Origin: Candidatus Omnitrophota bacterium | GTDB taxonomy: Bacteria; Ratteibacteria; UBA8468; MWAK01 | DNA: 64,000 bases | Reading direction: 5' to 3' | Assembly (NCBI GenBank): GCA_043826355.1 | Contig: JBDRQI010000005.1 | Coordinates: 1-64,000 of the forward strand | Part shown: one piece after another, positions 58,381 to 64,000 of the stretch | Position numbering within the stretch: position 1 is the stretch's first letter | Layout of the letters: each line of letters begins with the position of its first letter | Program-made: the position numbers and the translations under genes | Notes under the pieces: model-generated | Database searches by the model: none | What the model was told of the DNA's origin: nothing | The model's input: only the letters and a program-made list of their open reading frames with translations

Positions 58381-58708
58381 ATTTACCGTATTTCTCGCAA
58401 TTTTTTATCTGGGAAACCGTCCTTTTCGATTCCTGCCTCCTGTTTTGCCACGGCCAAAATCTCCTCTCCTTCCAAAAGAATTTCTGCCTGTAAAAAAGGG
58501 GGGTGGGGTTTTTAGAAAAATTCAGGTCGTTTTTTGACGGACTAAAATTAATTGCTCTCGCAGGACAAACATTGACACACCTACCGCACTCGGTGCATTT
58601 ATTAGTACTAATATGAGCAATATCTTTAATTAGAGTTATTGCTTGCGCCGGACAAACATTTATGCAAGCGCCACAACCTCTACATTTAGTAATGTTAACG
58701 CACACCAT
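58367..58708 (-). CDS. 2x[4Fe-4S] ferredoxin (C-terminus possibly frameshifted)
   Basis: CRGCGACINVCP, CTECGRCVNVCP. Confidence 0.8.
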   Translation of the reverse strand: MVCVNITKCRGCGACINVCPAQAITLIKDIAHISTNKCTECGRCVNVCPARAINFSPSKNDLNFSKNPTPLFYRQKFFWKERRFWPWQNRRQESKRTVSQIKNCEKYGKYEKN

Positions 58709-59263
58709 TTAATGCCTCCTGAAATTTAATACATAGCCCTCGTTGTAACTTTTATCGTGCAGAAGAATCCTTAGAACCTTTTTCTCAAGAATAAAACCGG
58801 CTTTTTCTATTTCCTCCACCACGCCGTCCAGATTAACATCAGTCAACTCCATTGCAGGGTGGTCTTCTTTGTGATGTCTTGAGTAAACGGAAAGAAAACC
58901 CTCTTTTTTTAAAACCCGGCGAATCTCATTATAAATGACAGTTCTTCTCTTTCTGTTCTGGTAGTGGATAACGTCATAACATAAAACCGCATCCAAGAAA
59001 TCATCTTTTAAAGGAATTTTTGAGTCCTTTTTTATTAACTCAATGTTTTTTATATTACCCTTTTTCACTCTTTCTTTTAATCTATCCAGAGCATCCTTGT
59101 CCCTGTCCAGAGCGTATACTTTAGCCGCTATTTTTGAGGCGGGAATTGTGTAGTGCCCCTCGCCTGAACCAAAATCCAGGATAGTTCGGCCTTTTTTAAT
59201 TCCGATTTCTTCTAAAAATTTTTCACCGTCCTGTTCCATCCATTTTTTAACATAATTTTCCAT
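58709..59263 (-). CDS. Class I SAM methyltransferase
   Basis: ILDFGSGEGHY. Confidence 0.82.
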   Translation of the reverse strand: MENYVKKWMEQDGEKFLEEIGIKKGRTILDFGSGEGHYTIPASKIAAKVYALDRDKDALDRLKERVKKGNIKNIELIKKDSKIPLKDDFLDAVLCYDVIHYQNRKRRTVIYNEIRRVLKKEGFLSVYSRHHKEDHPAMELTDVNLDGVVEEIEKAGFILEKKVLRILLHDKSYNEGYVLNFRRH

Positions 59264-59305
59264 CTTAACGTTTACTCTTCATTGCGCCGGTTTAAAAATC
59301 AACGT

Positions 59306-59554
59306 TTATTTGCTGTATAATTCTTCGAAAACGCTTTCGGCGGCTAACGCTATCGGTTCTCTGCCGGGGTCAGGGGACAATTCCGGCTGACCGGCGCATC
59401 TCAAAATAGATTCTTGTTTCGCTGCAATCACTTTCTCATTAGGTTCCCGAATTATGGTTACTTCAAAAAAAGGTTTCAGTTTTTTTACCGCGAGAGCGGC
59501 TAACGCGCCGCATCCGGAACATCCTATTGCAACAACTCTTTTTTTTCCATCCAT
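59306..59554 (-). pseudogene. Internally deleted FAD-dependent pyridine-nucleotide oxidoreductase
   Basis: Rossmann start VVAIGCSGCGALAA joined within about 40 aa to a C-terminal-type PELSPDPGREPIALAAE. Confidence 0.6.
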
Positions 59555-59599
59555 CTTTCTCCTGCAGGTGCACCTCGTTTTATAAAGCGTTTGCCCGCT

Positions 59600-59818
59600 T
59601 CAAAAATTCGTCGGGCAACTTCCGGTTGGACAAGTCGGACAAGAAGAATCTGAATTCTTGTTGCCGGAAGAAACGTTAATTCCAAAAGAAGCGAAACCCT
59701 TTTCAATATTCTTGCTTCCGCATTTCTGACACTTCAATTTTACCGTTTCAGAAGATACGCCTACCAGCAGGTCAAACCTATAACCACAATCTTTACAAAC
59801 ATAAACATAAACAGGCAT
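59600..59818 (-). CDS. FmdB-family zinc ribbon protein
   Basis: MPVYVYVCKDCG..F...CQKCGS...CPTCPTGSC. Confidence 0.85.
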   Translation of the reverse strand: MPVYVYVCKDCGYRFDLLVGVSSETVKLKCQKCGSKNIEKGFASFGINVSSGNKNSDSSCPTCPTGSCPTNF

Positions 59819-59866
59819 TGTTTGTCGCCTCCTTTCAAGCAATGCTTCCTTTTTTCACTCTTGCTT

Positions 59867-61495
59867 TTACCGAAAGTACATATTTTCTGCTACCAAATAG
59901 GCAAAATCTTTTTCCGTTTCATTAGGTTTGCAGTGTTCTATTTTTTTCGCAATCTCTTTCGCCGTTTCCCTTCGTTGCCTGGATAAAAGCATTTCTCTTG
60001 CTCCCTCTAGGGCGCCGTTTCCGATTTTTACAACTTTTTCTTCTTCTGCTTCCGGAATCAAACCGATTTTCATGGCGTTTTTGACGTTTATGAAATTACC
60101 GAAACCGCCGGCAAGATAAATTCTGCTTATGTTTTTTAAATCTACCGGGTACTGTTTCATTAAAAGGTCCTGGTCGGTTCTTAATCCGCCTTTGGCGGTA
60201 ATAAGTTGATAAATATCCTGCTGGCTAATTTTAATTTTTCCGGTTACATAAAAATCCTGCCCTATTTTTGCTGTTTTGCTCATAATTCCATGAGTTAAAA
60301 GCTCAGCCAGCAAATCTATTAAGCCGGAACCGCAAATGCCTATCGGATGTTTATCTTCTATTGTTGAGTAAGCAACTCTTCCGTTAATTATTTCTACCTG
60401 TTTTATCGCTCCTCCGATGGCGCCGCAGCCGGAGGAAATCGTTGTGCCTTCATAAGCGCCTCCGGCGGCGCAGGAAGCGCTTATCATCCTTTCGGAATTA
60501 CCCAAAACTATCTCGCCGTTGGTTCCTATGTCGATAACCATACCTACCTCTTTATTTTTATATATTTCAGACGCCAAGACATCCGCCACCGTATCCGCGC
60601 CGGCATGTCCGCCAATTAACGGCGCCCCAAAAACCCGGCCCTTTGAATTAATCAAAAGACCTATTTCCTCGGGTTTTTTAATTACCGATTCCTTATGGCC
60701 GGGTTCAAAAGGAATTAATCCAAGTGAAGCGACGTCAAACCCAAAAAAAAGGTTCCTCATTGTGGGGTTGCCTACAACAACCGCCTCATAAATATATCGT
60801 AAAATATCCTCTTCGCACCTTTCCGAAATCTCTTTAATGGAACTATTTATTGATTCCACCACCGTTTCCTGCAGTATTCTTACCCTTTCCGTTCTTTCGT
60901 TCTCTTTAAAATATCGCCCTTTTTCTTCATCTACAAGAGTAAATCCGATTCGGGAAATGACGTCGTTTCCATAAGAAATCTGAGGATTCGTCTTGGCAAC
61001 TGTGGCGATAACATCTCCGTTTTCCAGGTTTACAAGGTCAAAAACCAGAGTAGTTGTGCCCACGTCTATAGCTAATCCGTAAATTTTGCCTTGATATTTG
61101 TCAATTTCTTCTTCGTTTTTAAAAACCTTGTCTCCTTTTTTATAAAAAACGGGGTTGACGGGAACCTCTTTTTCTGTTCCGCTTTTCAATATTTCATATT
61201 CTCCAAAACTCTTCATAAAAACAGACATATCCTTCAGTTCCCGAATAATGGTCGTTTGACAGGCCAACCTTTCGTTAGCGCCCAGTTTAAAATTTTTCTC
61301 GGCATGGGTCAGTTCATTCAAATTTTCTTTTCCTTTTTCTATCCTTACGATACATTTGCCGCATTTGCCCTGGCCTCCGCATTCTGCATTTATCTTGACT
61401 CCCGAGTTTCTTGCAAGGTCAAGAATAGAGAGCCCCGGATGTATTCTTGTTCCCGTCTTTCCCTGTTTAAACTGGGGAAAATATATGTCACACAT
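59867..61495 (-). CDS. ASKHA/DUF4445 ATPase with N-terminal 2Fe-2S domain (RACo-like)
   Basis: CGGQGKCGKC..RLAC, IDVGTTT, DIGTNGE, GICGSG, LAGGFG. Confidence 0.88.
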   Translation of the reverse strand: MCDIYFPQFKQGKTGTRIHPGLSILDLARNSGVKINAECGGQGKCGKCIVRIEKGKENLNELTHAEKNFKLGANERLACQTTIIRELKDMSVFMKSFGEYEILKSGTEKEVPVNPVFYKKGDKVFKNEEEIDKYQGKIYGLAIDVGTTTLVFDLVNLENGDVIATVAKTNPQISYGNDVISRIGFTLVDEEKGRYFKENERTERVRILQETVVESINSSIKEISERCEEDILRYIYEAVVVGNPTMRNLFFGFDVASLGLIPFEPGHKESVIKKPEEIGLLINSKGRVFGAPLIGGHAGADTVADVLASEIYKNKEVGMVIDIGTNGEIVLGNSERMISASCAAGGAYEGTTISSGCGAIGGAIKQVEIINGRVAYSTIEDKHPIGICGSGLIDLLAELLTHGIMSKTAKIGQDFYVTGKIKISQQDIYQLITAKGGLRTDQDLLMKQYPVDLKNISRIYLAGGFGNFINVKNAMKIGLIPEAEEEKVVKIGNGALEGAREMLLSRQRRETAKEIAKKIEHCKPNETEKDFAYLVAENMYFR

Positions 61496-62405
61496 TATTT
61501 TCTCCCTTTGACATTTCAAGTGTTTGGTTATAGGAAAGTAAAATTACATCGCCCACTTTGCAACCTATCTCTCCGGCAATTACCGGACATTTTGCCATAA
61601 GAAGAAAAAAGATGGGGCCGGCTACCGCAGAAAGCGCCTCGAAATTTCCCTGTCCCTTGCTGATAATCAAATCAGCCTTTTTGAATCTTTTTAAAAAATC
61701 TTTTGAGCAGCGGGAAAGAATCGTCGCGGGAACGTCTGAACCGGATGATGCTATCTGCGCCGATTTGTCTATTCCGCAAAAATAGGCGTCTGCTGCCAGG
61801 GCGTCGTTTATTGCCGGTTTTTCTTTTACGGCATAAATAATGTTTTTAGAGCTGTCCCTAATCTTGATTTCTTCAATAAAGACACGGTCAAACAACGTTT
61901 CACCCGCATTATCCGCCAGATAAAGAACGTTTTTTGCTTTATCAAGAGCGTTTTTAAACTGCGGATAATTAAAAAAGCGGTTATCTTCCGCGCCGATTGC
62001 TCTTTTTTCTTCAGCCAGAATTTTTTTAAGTTCTTTGCCTACATTCAAAGAATTTTTTACGCCGCAATCCAGGATATTGCCGGCGATAGCAAGTTCAGCG
62101 GCCGTCAATAACCTGTCACGGCTTTCTTGCAATTTTTTCTTCAATTTACCGTAGATACTTAAAGCCAAGTTGTTGCTCTTTTTTTTTATTTCGGCATAGG
62201 GGTCGTTGACTCCGGTATGTTTCTTAACTATCCCGTGAATCACCCTGGCCATTTCCGGCGGGGACAAGGTCAAGGAAAAACCGGGCAGGGCTCCGGCAAC
62301 CTTGTCTAATATTTCCTTTTGCCCCTCTTCTGACGCCCCGGCCATCCGCGCGGCTTCTAATGCTTGCTTAAAAAAACAGGGGATGCAATCCAAAAAAGTT
62401 CTCAT
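61488..62405 (-). CDS. DUF89/ARMT1-like damage-control phosphatase
   Basis: CIPC, AGNILD, DNAGE, SKGQGNFE, AKC. Confidence 0.88.
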   Translation of the reverse strand: MRTFLDCIPCFFKQALEAARMAGASEEGQKEILDKVAGALPGFSLTLSPPEMARVIHGIVKKHTGVNDPYAEIKKKSNNLALSIYGKLKKKLQESRDRLLTAAELAIAGNILDCGVKNSLNVGKELKKILAEEKRAIGAEDNRFFNYPQFKNALDKAKNVLYLADNAGETLFDRVFIEEIKIRDSSKNIIYAVKEKPAINDALAADAYFCGIDKSAQIASSGSDVPATILSRCSKDFLKRFKKADLIISKGQGNFEALSAVAGPIFFLLMAKCPVIAGEIGCKVGDVILLSYNQTLEMSKGENNV

Positions 62406-62429
62406 CTATTCTTATTGTCAATCAGTAAT

Positions 62430-63278
62430 TTAATTACTCTTGTTGCTTTTCAAAAATTCTTTGATTTTATTTATAATGCCTTCCATATTTTTTGCTGCCG
62501 GGCTTTCGTTTCCGGAGGAAATAAACGGCTTTCCGGCATCTCCGGATTTTACCACGGCAGGTTCCATCGGAATTCTTCCCAGAAACGGCACCTTTAAGTC
62601 GCGGGCAGACTTTTCACCGCCGCCGGTTCCGAATAAATCTATTTCTTTCAGGCAGTGCGGACATATAAAACCGCTCATATTTTCAATTATTCCCACAACG
62701 GGAACTTTTACTTCCTTTGCAAATGAAACGCTTTTTCTTGAATCCAGTATGGCCACCTCCTGGGGGGTGGTGACGATAACTGCCCCGTCTATATCCGGAA
62801 TAAGCTGGCATACGCTTAAAGGCTCGTCTCCGGTTCCGGGAGGAGAATCTATTATCAGATAATCAAGTTCTCCCCAGTTCACGTCGCTTAAGAATTGTTT
62901 TATGGTCATCATCTTTAAAGGTCCGCGCCAGATTACCGGCTGGTCTTTATCTTGCAACAAAAAAGAGAGACTTACCGCTTTTAAATTAGCCGAGACCGCA
63001 ACCGGCTCGATACCCGCCTCAGAACCGGCAAATTTCTTTTCTTCGATTCCCAGCATCTTGGCGATATTGGGTCCGTGAATGTCTACATCTAAAATTCCTA
63101 CCTTATTTCCTTTAACAGCCAAACCATAGGCTAAATTAACCGCCACGGTCGTCTTACCGACTCCGCCCTTGCCGCTCATTACAATAAGTTTATACTTAAT
63201 CTTAAACATACGTTCTTTAAGTTGCCTGTCCTGCTCAATCCCCTCCTTTTCTCTTTTTTTCTCGTCAATGTTTTGCAT
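62430..63278 (-). CDS. Mrp/NBP35 Fe-S carrier ATPase
   Basis: [32 protein letters not shown]. Confidence 0.93.
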   Translation of the reverse strand: MQNIDEKKREKEGIEQDRQLKERMFKIKYKLIVMSGKGGVGKTTVAVNLAYGLAVKGNKVGILDVDIHGPNIAKMLGIEEKKFAGSEAGIEPVAVSANLKAVSLSFLLQDKDQPVIWRGPLKMMTIKQFLSDVNWGELDYLIIDSPPGTGDEPLSVCQLIPDIDGAVIVTTPQEVAILDSRKSVSFAKEVKVPVVGIIENMSGFICPHCLKEIDLFGTGGGEKSARDLKVPFLGRIPMEPAVVKSGDAGKPFISSGNESPAAKNMEGIINKIKEFLKSNKSN

Positions 63279-63299
63279 TGCTTAACCCTCATAAAATTT

Positions 63300-63953
63300 T
63301 TACAAAATATTTCGTCTAGCTATGAGAACATGCTGGTAAATACTTTTCGCTTCTTTAACCGAAAAACCTTTTTCTTCAAGATAAAACGTGATATCTGAAA
63401 GCGTTATTTTTCCAGATTCATGCCTTTTACCTTCAAGCGCGTGAATCTTATCTATAATTCGAAAACCTTCTTCCGTAAAATCACTTAGAACGAGTTTGCC
63501 GTTCCGCGAAAGGACGCGGACCAACTCGTCTACCGCCCGGTAAGGATTACGCATGTGATGAAGGACATTAACCGAAAATACCACACCAAAACTTCCGTCG
63601 GTAAAACTCGTATGTTCGCCGTTTTCTATCCTGAAATTTGTTGATTTTTCAAGACCGAAATAGATTAAATTTAATCTTGCAAAACGCTGTTCCTTCTCTG
63701 AAACATCAAAAGTAAAAAACGAGTATCCCTGTTTTGCCAGCGCAAGCGCAAAATGTCCCTTCCCGGTCCCGGCCTCGAGAATTTTACCGTAAAAAGGTTT
63801 TGCCTGTTCTAAAATAAAATCCCGTTCCTTCTCCAGAGAGTAGCCGAAACTTTTATAAACCTTTTTTCGTGCAAGATATTCTCTATGGTTCTCGCGTATT
63901 TCCTCGCTGAATTTATATTTTTCTGAATCAAAAATCTCCGCCTCTTTATTCAT
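63300..63953 (-). CDS. Class I SAM methyltransferase
   Basis: LEAGTGKG, VLHH. Confidence 0.82.
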   Translation of the reverse strand: MNKEAEIFDSEKYKFSEEIRENHREYLARKKVYKSFGYSLEKERDFILEQAKPFYGKILEAGTGKGHFALALAKQGYSFFTFDVSEKEQRFARLNLIYFGLEKSTNFRIENGEHTSFTDGSFGVVFSVNVLHHMRNPYRAVDELVRVLSRNGKLVLSDFTEEGFRIIDKIHALEGKRHESGKITLSDITFYLEEKGFSVKEAKSIYQHVLIARRNIL

Positions 63954-64000
63954 GGATAAAACAGTTATTTTATATAAAAATTATAGTTTTCCCGTAGCAT

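Overview
The window has two parts. (1) About 1-29,086 is the right-hand portion of an integrated mobile/defence island that ends at a tyrosine integrase 6 nt upstream of tRNA-Ser(GCT); its left boundary is outside the window, which begins in an IS21-family end. The island contains, in order: an AT-rich, co-directional defence-like block (RloC-like ABC-ATPase, a LexA with an apparently leaderless promoter, a small possibly permuted GIY-YIG protein, HEPN-motif proteins, a DUF4062-STAND ATPase); a large serine recombinase module with a divergent Rep-like HTH, an XRE regulator, a RuvC-like protein lacking its first catalytic Asp and a Patescibacteria-style pilin; cargo (a GAF/HD-GYP gene behind a sigma54-type promoter, membrane proteins, a Schlafen/AlbA_2 protein, another HEPN-motif protein); and, directly before the integrase, one ORF that appears to fuse a VirD4-like coupling ATPase, a wHTH plus PD-(D/E)XK relaxase-like region and an excisionase-type HTH. 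That fusion is my best candidate for an undescribed system. (2) About 29,200-64,000 is host chromosome of a probably anaerobic diderm bacterium: carbohydrate/peptide enzymes, rpmH-yidD-yidC without rnpA, an RNase III lacking the dsRBD, lnt, panD, tpiA-pgk-gap, trxB, yggS, a feoA-feoB fusion and a long Fe-S/metal cluster. All calls come from reading motifs by eye; no database search was run.
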